From contig NZ_LN831024.1 in the NCBI RefSeq assembly GCF_001457615.1, positions 3,600,001 through 3,632,000 on the forward strand: a stretch of 32,000 bases of DNA, written 5' to 3'. The notes beneath the pieces were generated by a model. It made no database searches, had not been told where the DNA came from, and saw only the letters and a program-made list of their open reading frames with translations. The first letter of the stretch is position 1. Each line of letters opens with the position of its first letter. Below are positions 5,990 through 16,779 of the stretch, piece after piece. The stretch is from Pseudomonas aeruginosa (lineage in GTDB: Bacteria > Pseudomonadota > Gammaproteobacteria > Pseudomonadales > Pseudomonadaceae). The translations under genes were made by a program, and so were the position numbers.

Positions 5990-8713
5990 TCACGCCTCGC
6001 TCAGCAGTCCCAGGCTTTTACCCTTTAGTACGGCTTGCGTTCTGCTCTTCACACCCAGCTTGGCGAACAGGTTGTGCAGGTGCCACTTGATGGTGGCTTC
6101 CGACAGGTGCACCGCCTGCGCGATATCGCGGTTCGACAAGCCCGCCGCCACCAGCCGCAGGATTTCCCGTTCGCGATGGCTAACATCCTGATTTTCATCG
6201 AAACTTTCCGGGTCCACGGAGAGCTTCCGGCACTGCTCGCGGAGCAGGTCGGCCAGCCCCTGCCAGGCCGCGGCACGCTTGGGCTCCGCTTCCCTCCAGC
6301 TTTCCCACATCGGCAACAGCCACAACGCGTCGTCCTGGAACAGCCGGCGGTAGCCGAGATTCCAGGCTTCCTCGAGCGTGGCGAGGAACAGGCCGATGGC
6401 TTTTTCGCTGTTACCTTTCTGCCAATACGCCACAGAAAGTAACAAGGACAAACGCAGCCGCCGATCCCTCTGGTAAGCGGAAGAGTAGCCGGCCAGACAG
6501 CTTTCCAGCTTGCTCTGCGCGCGTTCCGCGTGACGCTCGGACAATGCCAGCCGAGCCTCCGCCAGGACCAGGGCGGTCTGTGCGTCGGCATGCCGCTCGC
6601 CGGAGAGCCCGGCAAGATGCCGCTCCAGTTGCAGGCAGACCCGTTCGGCTTCGTTCGGACGGCGCAGCCACAGCAGGAACTGCACCTTGCAGCTCATGGC
6701 GTGAGCATAGACACGCTCGTAGCCGGGCGAGAGCAGACCGCTCAGCCATTCGTCGAGTTGCGCCAGCCCCTGCTCGGCGGCGCCGGAGAAGAAGCGCGCC
6801 TTGGCCATGACCAACTGGCCGCGACTGAGCAGTTCCACCGGCGTCGCGACATCCCGCCAGACCGTCGCCAGCGGTAGTTCGGCGAGCACGCCGGCATGCC
6901 GGTCCTGCTCGTAGAGCAGGTCGGCATAGGCCAGCGACAAGGGTCCGCCGACCCGGCTGCGCCGGCCGAATACCTGCTCGACCCGGTTGCGCGCCGACTC
7001 GGCGATCGCCCTGCCCCGCTCCAGGTCGCCACTCTCCTTGCAGATCAGGGATTCGATCAGGCTGGTCACCACCTGCAGGTACTCGCTGTCGGCGACTTTC
7101 AGGTCCTCCCGCGCGGAACCGATGGCGCCGGCGGCCTCGGCGTAGTCGCCGAGCAGCGCATGCGCCGAAGCCTGCACGCAGAGCAGGCTGGCGCGGAACA
7201 CCGGCTGGTTGCTCGGGACCATGGACAGCCAGTGACGGGCGACCTTCAGGCAGGCTTCGAGCTTGTCCTGGTAGAGCAACACCAGGGCCTTGAGCACCTG
7301 GGCGGCGGCGAGCAACTCGCCGAGCCCGAAGTGCATGACCTTGCCGCGCCCCTGCAAGAGGCGGTGGCTGACCTCCTCGATCAACGCCTCGGCCTCGGCG
7401 AAGCGTTGCTCGAACGCCAGTTGCCAGGCGTAGAAGATCTGGAACACCGGATGCTCGCGGATCACCTCGGCGGGAATGCCGTTGAGCATGCCGAGGATGC
7501 CGTACACCCGGTTACCGGCGATCAGGCGCGCGCCCTGGCGCTCCAGCAACTCGGCGGCGAACAGGTAGTCGCGGGCGCGAAGGGCGTACTTGATCGCCCG
7601 GTCGGCCAGGTCGCGCCCCTCGCACCAGCGCGCCGCCGCATGCAGCAACGGGGTCGGATCGGCATGCCGGGACAGCCGCCCCTGGAGGAACTCGGCGAAC
7701 AGATGGTGGTAGCGGAACCATTCGCGCTGGTCGTCCAGGGCGATGACGAACAACTGCTCGTTCTGCAGGCGCATGAGCATGTCCAGGCCGTCGCGACGCC
7801 CGGTCAGCGCATTGCACAGTTCCGCATTGAACTCATCGAGCACCGAGGTCTGGTCGAGGAACAGCTGCAGGTCGGCGGGCAGGCTGGCCAGCACGTCTTC
7901 CGCCAGGTAGTCGGCGATGTTCCGTTCGGTCCCGGAGAGCCCGCGGAGGAAACCTTCCCGGTCGGTATTGCGACTGAGGGCCAGGGCCGCCAGGTGCAAC
8001 GCCGTGATCCAGCCTTCGGTGCGCTTGAACAGCAGCTTCAGCTCGCGCTCGCCCAGCTCCAGCCCCTTGAGGTCGAGGAGAAACGCATCGCTCTCCTCGC
8101 GCGAAAGTCGCAGGTCTTCCGCGCTCAGGCAGAAGGTCCAGGGCTTGAGGGTCGGCTCGTCGACCAGGAAGCGCGGGCGGAAGCGGGTCGAGGCCACCAC
8201 CCGCACGTGATCGGGCAGGTTCTCGATCAGGTAGCGAACCCCATGCGGCAAGGCGGCGTGGCGGATGCGGTGGAAATCGTCGAGGAACAGGTACAAGGAG
8301 CCTTCCAGGCGACGCAGGTCGGCGAGGAAGGCATCCAGGATACCCTCCAGCGGCACCGCGACGTCGGTGCCGAGCAGATTGGCGGTATTGCCGCCGAATG
8401 CCGGGACCACTCGCTGGATGCTCGCCAGCAGGTACTGGATCAGACGCTGCGGTTCGCTGTCGGTCTCGTCGCAGGACAACCATGCCACCGCCGCGCCCTG
8501 CTCCAGCAGGCGCAGGCGCAACTGGCAGAGGATGGTGCTCTTGCCGAAGCCGGCCGGCGCGCTGAGCACCATCGCGCGTCGCCCGCGGGCCTCGTACAGG
8601 CGGTCGATCAGCGCCTGGCGGGGCAGCAGCGGCAGCCCTCCGGCGCCTGGCGGGAACAGCTTGGTCTGCAACAGCGGAATGGTGCTGGCGGGAACACCGT
8701 CGCGATGGCCCAT
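5990..8713 (-). CDS. MalT-type LuxR-family ATP-binding transcriptional regulator (second gene of pair)
   Basis: Start MGHRDGVPASTIPLLQTKLFPP (907 aa); Walker A SAPAGFGKST; C-terminal LuxR HTH SHREREILRLVAAGLSNRDIAQAVHLSEATIKWHLHNLFAKLGVKSRTQAV. The supplied 1570-aa ORF is this gene plus a spurious extension. Confidence 0.93.
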   Translation of the reverse strand: MGHRDGVPASTIPLLQTKLFPPGAGGLPLLPRQALIDRLYEARGRRAMVLSAPAGFGKSTILCQLRLRLLEQGAAVAWLSCDETDSEPQRLIQYLLASIQRVVPAFGGNTANLLGTDVAVPLEGILDAFLADLRRLEGSLYLFLDDFHRIRHAALPHGVRYLIENLPDHVRVVASTRFRPRFLVDEPTLKPWTFCLSAEDLRLSREESDAFLLDLKGLELGERELKLLFKRTEGWITALHLAALALSRNTDREGFLRGLSGTERNIADYLAEDVLASLPADLQLFLDQTSVLDEFNAELCNALTGRRDGLDMLMRLQNEQLFVIALDDQREWFRYHHLFAEFLQGRLSRHADPTPLLHAAARWCEGRDLADRAIKYALRARDYLFAAELLERQGARLIAGNRVYGILGMLNGIPAEVIREHPVFQIFYAWQLAFEQRFAEAEALIEEVSHRLLQGRGKVMHFGLGELLAAAQVLKALVLLYQDKLEACLKVARHWLSMVPSNQPVFRASLLCVQASAHALLGDYAEAAGAIGSAREDLKVADSEYLQVVTSLIESLICKESGDLERGRAIAESARNRVEQVFGRRSRVGGPLSLAYADLLYEQDRHAGVLAELPLATVWRDVATPVELLSRGQLVMAKARFFSGAAEQGLAQLDEWLSGLLSPGYERVYAHAMSCKVQFLLWLRRPNEAERVCLQLERHLAGLSGERHADAQTALVLAEARLALSERHAERAQSKLESCLAGYSSAYQRDRRLRLSLLLSVAYWQKGNSEKAIGLFLATLEEAWNLGYRRLFQDDALWLLPMWESWREAEPKRAAAWQGLADLLREQCRKLSVDPESFDENQDVSHREREILRLVAAGLSNRDIAQAVHLSEATIKWHLHNLFAKLGVKSRTQAVLKGKSLGLLSEA

Positions 8714-8715
8714 GG

Positions 8716-11484
8716 TCAGAGCAGGCTCAGCTCGCGGGCTCGCCGGATCGCCTGGGTGCGATTGCGCACCTTGAGCTTTTCGTAGATGTTGTGCAGATGC
8801 CATTTGACGGTCCCCAGGGCCAGCGACAGGCGCTGGCCGATTTCTTCGTTGGATAGGCCCTGTGCGGCCAGGCAGACCACTTCGCGCTCGCGCTCCGTCA
8901 GGCCTTCCTCGAGCGCATCCTGGGGCTTGCGCACGCCCTGCCCGGGCCAGATGCCGAGCAGGCCGCGAATGAAGGTCTGTAGCGCCGGCTGGCGCTCGGT
9001 GGATTCGAGTTGCTGGAGCAACTGGCGAATGCCGTCGCCTTCCTCGATGAAGAGGCTGCGCACCCCTTCCCGTTCGGCATTGATCAGGCATTCGCCGAGC
9101 AGGCTGTTGGCCCGTTCCTGGTAGCCCAGGCGCTGATAGCTGAGCGCCGCCAGGATATCCAGGCGCAGGCGCTGCAGGCCATGCCAACCGGGCTGCAAGG
9201 TGCCGCGCAACTGAGTGATCTCGTGCAGCGCCTCGCTGAAATGTCCTCGCCCCTGCAACAGGCGCACGCGGCTCACACCCAGCGACCAGTTGACCGGGTT
9301 GAAGGCCATGTTGCGGTAGTGTGCCGCCATCTTGTTCCAGTCCACGCTCTTCAACCGCTGCTCGGCGCGCTTCAGGCGGTCGGGGCCGCTGTCCTGGAGG
9401 ATCAGGTTGATCTCTTCGGCCATGGCCTGGGCGAAGAAGCGCCACGACTGATTGCGCGAGGCCAGGGCCTGCATCGCCGCCAGGCTGGCCAGCGCCTCCT
9501 TCGGCCGTCCCAGCAGGCGCTGGGTGCGCGCCAGGCAGATCTGTCCCTGGGCATAGAAATCGATCGGATTGATCACATCCACATGCCCGAGCGCCCAGCC
9601 CAGGCGCTCTTCCAGCCCGTCCAGCTCGATCCTGTAGTAGGCGGTCAGGGCCTCGGTGATGGTCGGCAGCGCCAGCGCGCTCCTGGACTTCTCGAACAGC
9701 GGCCGGGCGCGCTGGCGGAGCCGCTCGATGAGCAGTTGCGCCTGTTTCACCTGGCCCTGCTCGAGTGCGAGGATCACCTCGACGTTGGCCAGTTGCATGT
9801 CCAGGTAGCGCCCTTCGAGGAAATGATTGCGCTGCTGCGCCAGCCCCAGCAGGCGCCGCGCCTGGTCGCCCTGGCCACGGACCACCTGGGCCAGCGCGGC
9901 AGTGATCAACACCGCCACTTCGAGGAAGGCAGCGTTCTGCCCGAGCTGGACTTCGACCCGGCGAGCCAGGGCGATGCACAGTTCCAGATCGTCCTTCTGC
10001 AACGCCACCACCGCCTTCACCGCCAGCGCGGAGAGGTACTGGTCGCCCATCGGCCCGTCGCCGCGGCTCTCCCCCCAGCGCGCCAGCAGTTCGTCGATGA
10101 TCCGGTTGGCCTCGCCCAGGCTGAGGTCGCTGGCCCGCGACCAGACATCGGTAAGGACCAGGATCGGATAGCGCTCGGCGATTTCGTCCGGCACATGCTT
10201 GCGCCAACGGTAGATCAGGCTGAGCTGGCCGCGGTTGATCAGCTCCAGTCCGCATCCGTCGACCAGCGCGGCGATCATCTCCGGGTCTTCCGCCGCACAG
10301 GCATGCTCGATGGCGAACGTCGGCATGTGGTGGTTGGTGAACCACAGGCTGGCGTTGAAATGCAGTTGCTTGAAACGGTCCGGATCGGAGTCGCGCAGGC
10401 GGTTGCGGAGGAAGTCGGCGAACAGCAGGTGGAAGCGATACCACTGGCGTTCGCGATCCAGCGGCAGGAGGAACAATTGCATGGACTCCAGGCGCTCCAG
10501 CAGCGCCTGGCCGTCCTGGCGCCCGGTCAGGGCGTTGGCCAGGTCGCCGCTCAATTGGCTGGCAACGCCAAGGGCCAGCAGCGCTTCCTGCAGGTCGCCA
10601 GGCAAGCGTTCGAAGACCGCCGCCAGCAGATAGGCGCTGACCGCCTGCTTGTCGCCGTCGAGCAGGGCCATTTCCTGCACCTGCGGTTGCTGGCGCAGCC
10701 ACAGGCTGACGAGATGCACGCCCACCACCCAGCCTTCGGTCTGGCCATAGAGCGCCTTCAGGCAGGGCTCGTCCAGATAGAGACCGCTGCGCTCGAGGTA
10801 TTCGCGGGTTTCCTCGAAGCCGAGGCGCAGCTCCTCGAGGCCGATTTCCAGCAACAGTCCCTTGGCCCGCCAGGTAGCCAGGCTCAGCGCCGGCTGCGAA
10901 CGCGTGCCCAGGGCCAGGACCAGCCCGGGCGGTGCGTACTGCACCAGGCGGTTGAGGCCGGTGAAGATGTCCGGGTTGCTAACCAGGTGCAGGTCGTCCA
11001 GCACCAGCAGCAACGGCCGCGCATAGCGATCGAGATCGCCGAGCAGGCTTTCGATCACCGCCACCACCGGGACCCGCATGGTGTTCTGCAGGTAGGTCTG
11101 GGCGTCGTCGCCAAGCTGCGGCACGGCTTCGCCCAGCGCCTCGATCAGCTGCCGGCAGAAACGGGCGGGGTCGTCGTCTTCTTCGGCAAGCGAGAGCCAG
11201 GCCACCGCCTGGTCTGCTACAGTGCGCTCCCTGGCCAGGGCGGCGAGCGCGCAGGTCTTGCCGAAGCCGGCAGGTGCGGAAAACATCAGAACGCGTGAAT
11301 GGGGATTGCGATCCAGCAGGTTGCGGATCGCGGGGCGAAGAGAATATTCGGCTGGCACCTGAGGCGGCACTATTCTGGAGCGCGAAAGGCTGCCGGCTGC
11401 TGGATCCTGTACTGCATCCACGGCCTGTATCCCTGTGTCATTATCATTGTGGTACGGAGCCAAATCTCCGTGGGATATTTCCAT
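8716..11484 (-). CDS. MalT-type LuxR-family ATP-binding transcriptional regulator (first gene of pair)
   Basis: 922 aa; Walker A SAPAGFGKTC, LLLVLDDLHLV (Walker B-like), C-terminal HTH LTEREREVVCLAAQGLSNEEIGQRLSLALGTVKWHLHNIYEKLKVRNRTQAI. Exact N-terminus uncertain. Confidence 0.92.
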   Translation of the reverse strand: MEISHGDLAPYHNDNDTGIQAVDAVQDPAAGSLSRSRIVPPQVPAEYSLRPAIRNLLDRNPHSRVLMFSAPAGFGKTCALAALARERTVADQAVAWLSLAEEDDDPARFCRQLIEALGEAVPQLGDDAQTYLQNTMRVPVVAVIESLLGDLDRYARPLLLVLDDLHLVSNPDIFTGLNRLVQYAPPGLVLALGTRSQPALSLATWRAKGLLLEIGLEELRLGFEETREYLERSGLYLDEPCLKALYGQTEGWVVGVHLVSLWLRQQPQVQEMALLDGDKQAVSAYLLAAVFERLPGDLQEALLALGVASQLSGDLANALTGRQDGQALLERLESMQLFLLPLDRERQWYRFHLLFADFLRNRLRDSDPDRFKQLHFNASLWFTNHHMPTFAIEHACAAEDPEMIAALVDGCGLELINRGQLSLIYRWRKHVPDEIAERYPILVLTDVWSRASDLSLGEANRIIDELLARWGESRGDGPMGDQYLSALAVKAVVALQKDDLELCIALARRVEVQLGQNAAFLEVAVLITAALAQVVRGQGDQARRLLGLAQQRNHFLEGRYLDMQLANVEVILALEQGQVKQAQLLIERLRQRARPLFEKSRSALALPTITEALTAYYRIELDGLEERLGWALGHVDVINPIDFYAQGQICLARTQRLLGRPKEALASLAAMQALASRNQSWRFFAQAMAEEINLILQDSGPDRLKRAEQRLKSVDWNKMAAHYRNMAFNPVNWSLGVSRVRLLQGRGHFSEALHEITQLRGTLQPGWHGLQRLRLDILAALSYQRLGYQERANSLLGECLINAEREGVRSLFIEEGDGIRQLLQQLESTERQPALQTFIRGLLGIWPGQGVRKPQDALEEGLTEREREVVCLAAQGLSNEEIGQRLSLALGTVKWHLHNIYEKLKVRNRTQAIRRARELSLL

Positions 11485-11585
11485 AATTAGCAGATCACCC
11501 TTCTTACGTAAACTGAAGAAATGGCTCTAGGATCGACGATTCCGGCGAACTAGAATTCCTGACTGTCCCACTACCCCCACTTTCC

Positions 11586-12947
11586 ATGCCCAGTTGTCAT
11601 GTTCACCCCCTGCCCTACCATAGCGACCCAAGCTGTCTCTTTGCCATCATCCATGAGGCGCCCGGTGCGGTGATGCTCGATTCGGGTCGCCCCATCGCTA
11701 CCCGTGGACGCTATGACCTTATGAGCGCCTGGCCATTGGCAGAACTGGCGCCGCTGCCCGACGAATCGGCCAACCGCTTCTTCGCCCGCCTACGCGAAGC
11801 GGCCGGAAGCCTGGGCCCCGCGCAGCTGCCAGCGCCGTACGAACTGCCCTTCGCCGGCGGTCTGCTGGGCTATTTATCCTACGACCTGGGTCGGCGCATC
11901 GAGCGCATCGGCGAACACGCCCGCGATGACCTGGGCCTGCCGCTGGCCTCCGTCGGCCTGTATGCCTGGGCGCTGATCAGCGACCACCAGGCCGGCACCA
12001 GCCAACTGGTATTCCACCCGCGATTGGACGAGCGCGAACGCCAGCGCCTGATCGCCCTGTTCAGCGAGGAAGCGCAAGGCGCGGCCGGCAACTTCAAGCT
12101 TCTGGGAAAATTCCGACGGAGCATCAGCGCATCCGACTATCGGCAGGCGATCCGCCGCATCCAGGACTACATCCAGGCAGGCGACTGCTACCAGGTGAAC
12201 TATAGCCAGCGCTTCCAGGCCGCTTGCAGCGGCTCGCCGTGGCCGGCCTATCGCGCCCTGCGCGAGGCCTGCCCGACGCCGTTCTCCGGCTACCTGCGAC
12301 TGGCCGACGGCGCGATCCTCAGCCTGTCGCCGGAGCGCTTCCTCAAGCTCGGCAAGGGCAAGGTGGAAACCCGGCCGATCAAGGGCACCCGCCCGCGCGG
12401 CAAGACGCCCGAGGAGGACATGGCGCTGGCGGCGTCGCTGCTGGCCAGCCCCAAGGACCGCGCGGAAAACCTGATGATCGTCGACCTGCTGCGCAACGAC
12501 ATCGGACGCAGTTGCCAACCTGGCAGCGTACGGGTACCGGAGCTGTTTGCCCTGGAAAGCTATCCCAACGTGCATCACCTGGTGAGCAGCGTCACCGGCG
12601 AACTGGCGCCGGGCAAGGACGCCCTCGACCTGCTGGAAGGCAGCTTCCCCGGCGGCTCGATCACCGGCGCGCCGAAGATTCGCGCCATGCAGATCATCGA
12701 CGAGCTGGAACCGAGCCGACGCGGCATCTACTGCGGCAGCCTGTTCTACCTCGACGTGCGCGGCGAGATGGACAGCTCGATCGCCATCCGCACCCTGCTG
12801 GTCAGGGACGGCCAGGTCAGTTGCTGGGGCGGCGGCGGCATCGTCGCCGACTCGCACTGGGAGGACGAGTACCAGGAAACCCTGGACAAGGTCCGGGTGC
12901 TGCTGGAAACCCTGGAAGGAATGGCCGGGACAGCGTCCCCGGAATAG
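11586..12947 (+). CDS. pabB: Aminodeoxychorismate synthase component I
   Basis: 453 aa; chorismate-binding enzyme motifs: GDCYQVNYSQRF, LSPERFLK, IKGTRPRG, LVDLLRNDIGR, GSITGAPKIRAMQIIDELEPSRRGIYCGS, RTLLVRDG. Confidence 0.95.
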   Translation: MPSCHVHPLPYHSDPSCLFAIIHEAPGAVMLDSGRPIATRGRYDLMSAWPLAELAPLPDESANRFFARLREAAGSLGPAQLPAPYELPFAGGLLGYLSYDLGRRIERIGEHARDDLGLPLASVGLYAWALISDHQAGTSQLVFHPRLDERERQRLIALFSEEAQGAAGNFKLLGKFRRSISASDYRQAIRRIQDYIQAGDCYQVNYSQRFQAACSGSPWPAYRALREACPTPFSGYLRLADGAILSLSPERFLKLGKGKVETRPIKGTRPRGKTPEEDMALAASLLASPKDRAENLMIVDLLRNDIGRSCQPGSVRVPELFALESYPNVHHLVSSVTGELAPGKDALDLLEGSFPGGSITGAPKIRAMQIIDELEPSRRGIYCGSLFYLDVRGEMDSSIAIRTLLVRDGQVSCWGGGGIVADSHWEDEYQETLDKVRVLLETLEGMAGTASPE

Positions 12948-12950
12948 AAA

Positions 12951-12976
12951 AGAGCCCGCGTTCCGCGGGCTCTTTC
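12951..12976. terminator. Bidirectional rho-independent terminator between pabB and thrH
   Basis: AGAGCCCGCG-TTC-CGCGGGCTCTTT; perfect 10-bp stem, A/T tracts on both sides, convergent genes. Confidence 0.9.
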
Positions 12977-12989
12977 ATCGGCGGCGCGG

Positions 12990-13607
12990 CTACAGGCTCA
13001 GCGAACGGCTGGAAGCCTTGAGGAACTCGCGCTTGAGGTCTTCGTAGGTATGCACCGCGGGGAACTGGGGAAACTCGCGGATCACGTTTTCCGGGGCATG
13101 GAACAGGATGCCGGCGTGGGCCTCGGAAAGCATGGTGGTGTCGTTGTAGGAATCGCCGGCGGCGATCACCCGATAGTAGAGGCTCTTGAAGGCGATCACC
13201 GACTGCCGCTTGGGATCCTTCTGGCGCAATTGATAGCCGACCACCCGGTCGCTGTCGTCGATCTCCAGCTTGTGGCACAACAGGGTCGGGAAGCCCAGCT
13301 GGCGCATCAGCGGCTGGGAGAACTCGTAGAAGGTGTCGGAGAGAATCACCACCTGGAAGCGCTCGCGCAGCCAGTCGACGAATTCCACCGCCCCCTCCAG
13401 CGGCTTCAGGGTAGCGATCACCTCCTGGATGTCGCCCAGCTTCAGACCATGTTCGTCGAGGATGCGCAGGCGCTGCTTCATCAGCACGTCGTAGTCCGGA
13501 ATGTCCCGGGTGGTCGCCTTCAAGGCGTCGATACCGGTTTTTTCCGCGAACGCGATCCAGATTTCCGGAACCAGCACGCCTTCCAGGTCAAGACAGGCAA
13601 TTTCCAC
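12990..13607 (-). CDS. thrH: ThrH, HAD-family phosphoserine phosphatase / homoserine kinase
   Basis: 205 aa from GTG at 13607 (SD GAGGAGAG): (V/M)EIACLDLEGVLVPEIWIAFAEKTG...VVILSDTFYEF...VIAAGDSYNDTTML, HAD motifs; recognised as P. aeruginosa ThrH. The ORF-track extension to 13685 is not supported. Confidence 0.93.
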   Translation of the reverse strand: MEIACLDLEGVLVPEIWIAFAEKTGIDALKATTRDIPDYDVLMKQRLRILDEHGLKLGDIQEVIATLKPLEGAVEFVDWLRERFQVVILSDTFYEFSQPLMRQLGFPTLLCHKLEIDDSDRVVGYQLRQKDPKRQSVIAFKSLYYRVIAAGDSYNDTTMLSEAHAGILFHAPENVIREFPQFPAVHTYEDLKREFLKASSRSLSL

Positions 13608-13741
13608 AGGACTCTCCTCGAAATTCTCTGAACGATGGGGTGACGACGGACGCGGCACTCTAGCCCCTCGCCGAGGGCAAGGCAACGCCGGCTTATTCCT
13701 GGAATCAAGGTCGACAGGGGTAAATGGTTATTTAGGGCCAT

Positions 13742-14545
13742 ATGCCGCCCTTTGCTACCATTCCCGCCACAGAGCGCAACAGCGCCGCCCAGCACCAGGA
13801 CCCCAGCCCGATGAGCCAGCCTTTCGACCTTCCCGCCCTCGCCTCCAGCCTTGCCGACAAATCCCCCCAGGACATCCTGAAAGCCGCCTTCGAGCACTTC
13901 GGCGACGAGCTGTGGATCTCCTTCAGCGGCGCCGAGGACGTCGTCCTGGTAGACATGGCCTGGAAGCTCAACCGCAACGTGAAGGTGTTCAGCCTCGACA
14001 CCGGTCGCCTGCACCCGGAAACCTATCGTTTCATCGACCAGGTCCGCGAACACTACGGCATCGCCATCGACGTGCTTTCCCCCGACCCGCGCCTGCTCGA
14101 ACCCCTGGTGAAGGAAAAGGGCCTGTTCAGCTTCTACCGGGACGGCCACGGCGAGTGCTGCGGCATCCGCAAGATCGAACCGCTCAAGCGCAAGCTCGCC
14201 GGCGTGCGCGCCTGGGCCACCGGCCAACGCCGCGACCAGAGCCCCGGCACGCGCAGCCAGGTGGCGGTGCTGGAAATCGACGGTGCCTTTTCCACGCCGG
14301 AAAAGCCGCTGTACAAATTCAACCCGCTGTCGTCCATGACCAGCGAGGAGGTCTGGGGCTATATCCGCATGCTCGAACTGCCCTACAACAGCCTGCACGA
14401 ACGCGGCTATATCAGCATCGGCTGCGAACCCTGCACCCGTCCGGTGCTGCCCAACCAGCACGAGCGCGAGGGCCGCTGGTGGTGGGAGGAAGCCACCCAC
14501 AAGGAGTGCGGGCTGCACGCCGGCAACCTGATCAGCAAGGCCTGA
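13742..14545 (+). CDS. cysH: Assimilatory adenylyl-sulfate (APS) reductase with 4Fe-4S cluster
   Basis: 267 aa; [79 protein letters not shown]. The Cys-Cys...CxxC cluster ligands indicate an APS-type enzyme. Alternative start MSQPFDL at 13811. Confidence 0.96.
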   Translation: MPPFATIPATERNSAAQHQDPSPMSQPFDLPALASSLADKSPQDILKAAFEHFGDELWISFSGAEDVVLVDMAWKLNRNVKVFSLDTGRLHPETYRFIDQVREHYGIAIDVLSPDPRLLEPLVKEKGLFSFYRDGHGECCGIRKIEPLKRKLAGVRAWATGQRRDQSPGTRSQVAVLEIDGAFSTPEKPLYKFNPLSSMTSEEVWGYIRMLELPYNSLHERGYISIGCEPCTRPVLPNQHEREGRWWWEEATHKECGLHAGNLISKA

Positions 14546-14609
14546 AACCGTCGATAGAGCGTATGCAATCGGGGTAAAGTGCGGGTCGAACCCCGAGCGG
14601 AGACCCAGC

Positions 14610-14957
14610 ATGCGCATCACCATGGTCAAGAAAGTCCTCGCCAACGGCGAGGACTGCCGCAAGTGCAAGGAAGTCCGGCAACGCCTGGAACAAGGCGGCT
14701 ACCTGCCGCGCATCCATCGCACCCTGGTGGCCGACGAACGCGACCCGAACAGCGCAGGCTGGATGGTCGCCGCCCAATATGGCGTAGAGACCGCGCCGTT
14801 CTTCGTGGTTCGCCACGACGACGGGCGCGAACAGGTCTACACCGTGTTCATGAGCTTCCTCCATGAAGTCCTCGAACCGCGAGCCGAGCAGTCCGCGGAC
14901 GCTGATCGCGAAGCGCTGGCCAGGCTGGCCGGTCGCGACAATCTCGACATGCTCTGA
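14610..14957 (+). CDS. Thioredoxin/glutaredoxin-fold protein
   Basis: 115 aa; N-terminal MRITMVKKVLANGEDCRKCKEVRQRLE with CRKC, and AAQYGVETAPFFVV (cis-Pro-like segment). Confidence 0.75.
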   Translation: MRITMVKKVLANGEDCRKCKEVRQRLEQGGYLPRIHRTLVADERDPNSAGWMVAAQYGVETAPFFVVRHDDGREQVYTVFMSFLHEVLEPRAEQSADADREALARLAGRDNLDML

Positions 14958-14967
14958 GGGCCAGCCA

Positions 14968-15000
14968 TGAAAAAGCCCGGCACCAGGCCGGGCTTTTTCA
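14968..15000. terminator. Bidirectional rho-independent terminator before cysB end
   Basis: TGAAAAAGCCCGGC-ACCAG-GCCGGGCTTTTTCA, perfect 14-bp inverted repeat with A5/T5 arms between convergent genes. Confidence 0.93.
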
Positions 15001-15013
15001 TGGGCCGAGGCGA

Positions 15014-16048
<1,035 letters not shown>

Positions 16049-16119
16049 TTAATGGTTTGAGGAATAAAATTAGACGTTTTTTTTGATTTTGCACGCTTTT
16101 TCACCAGCCGACCGCTGGC

Positions 16120-16617
16120 CTACAGGTCGCGACTACGGTGCTGCAACATCGGCACCAGGTACACCGGTACCTCCGCCAGTTGCACCAGACGCGCGGCAGT
16201 CCGGCCCAGCGGCGTGTCGAGCTGGGTGCCGTGGCTATGGCTGCCGGCGACGATCAGGTCCACGGCCAGCTTTTCCGCCTCATCGAGGATCATCTGCGGC
16301 GGGTCGCCCTGCACCACCCGCACGCTCTTGACCAGCGCCGCATCCTGGGGCAACTCGCCGAGTTCATCGCGAAACCCTTCCAGGACCCGCTTCTCGATGC
16401 TTTCCATGACGTTGTCCAGCCCTTGCGCCCGCAGGTCTTGGAGACGCTCGGTGTCAAGGTAGGTCTGCAGGACCGACTCGGCGAACAGCCCGAGGGGCTC
16501 CACCACATGGACGACATAGAGCTCGGCGTTGTAGGCGCGGGTCAGCGACAGGGCGTGTTGCAGGACATAGGGAGCATAGAGCCCCAGATCGGTGGCGTAG
16601 AGAATCGAACGAATCAT
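16120..16617 (-). CDS. Universal stress protein (UspA family)
   Basis: 165 aa; MIRSILYATDLGLYAPYVLQHALSLTRAYNAELYVVHVVEP...LIVAGSHSHGTQLDTPLGRTAARLVQLAEVPVYLVP. Confidence 0.9.
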   Translation of the reverse strand: MIRSILYATDLGLYAPYVLQHALSLTRAYNAELYVVHVVEPLGLFAESVLQTYLDTERLQDLRAQGLDNVMESIEKRVLEGFRDELGELPQDAALVKSVRVVQGDPPQMILDEAEKLAVDLIVAGSHSHGTQLDTPLGRTAARLVQLAEVPVYLVPMLQHRSRDL

Positions 16618-16779
16618 GCGGCCTCCTCGACAGCCTGCGCGGCGGGCCTCATTAGCAGATTAGCAGCAAGCATCCATTCTCCTAGCGTTCCCTGCTGTTT
16701 CGGGCTTTTTCCGGCCCGTTGGGGTAAATCCCTTTTCTCCCTGCGAGCGCGGCGCCGGCTGGTCGCCGCGCTCGGCCCT

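Noticed and set aside
5990-10702. 1570-aa minus-strand ORF
   Set aside because: Only the portion from the MGHRDGV start at 8713 downstream is a coherent MalT-like protein. The upstream 660 aa read through the neighbouring regulator in an alternative frame with Arg/Ala/Pro-rich shadow composition.
6896-11298. Plus-strand ORFs of 629 aa and 762 aa opposite the MalT-like genes
   Set aside because: They sit antisense to clear Walker A/HTH proteins. Their V/A/L/H/Q-rich sequence is typical reverse-complement codon-shadow.
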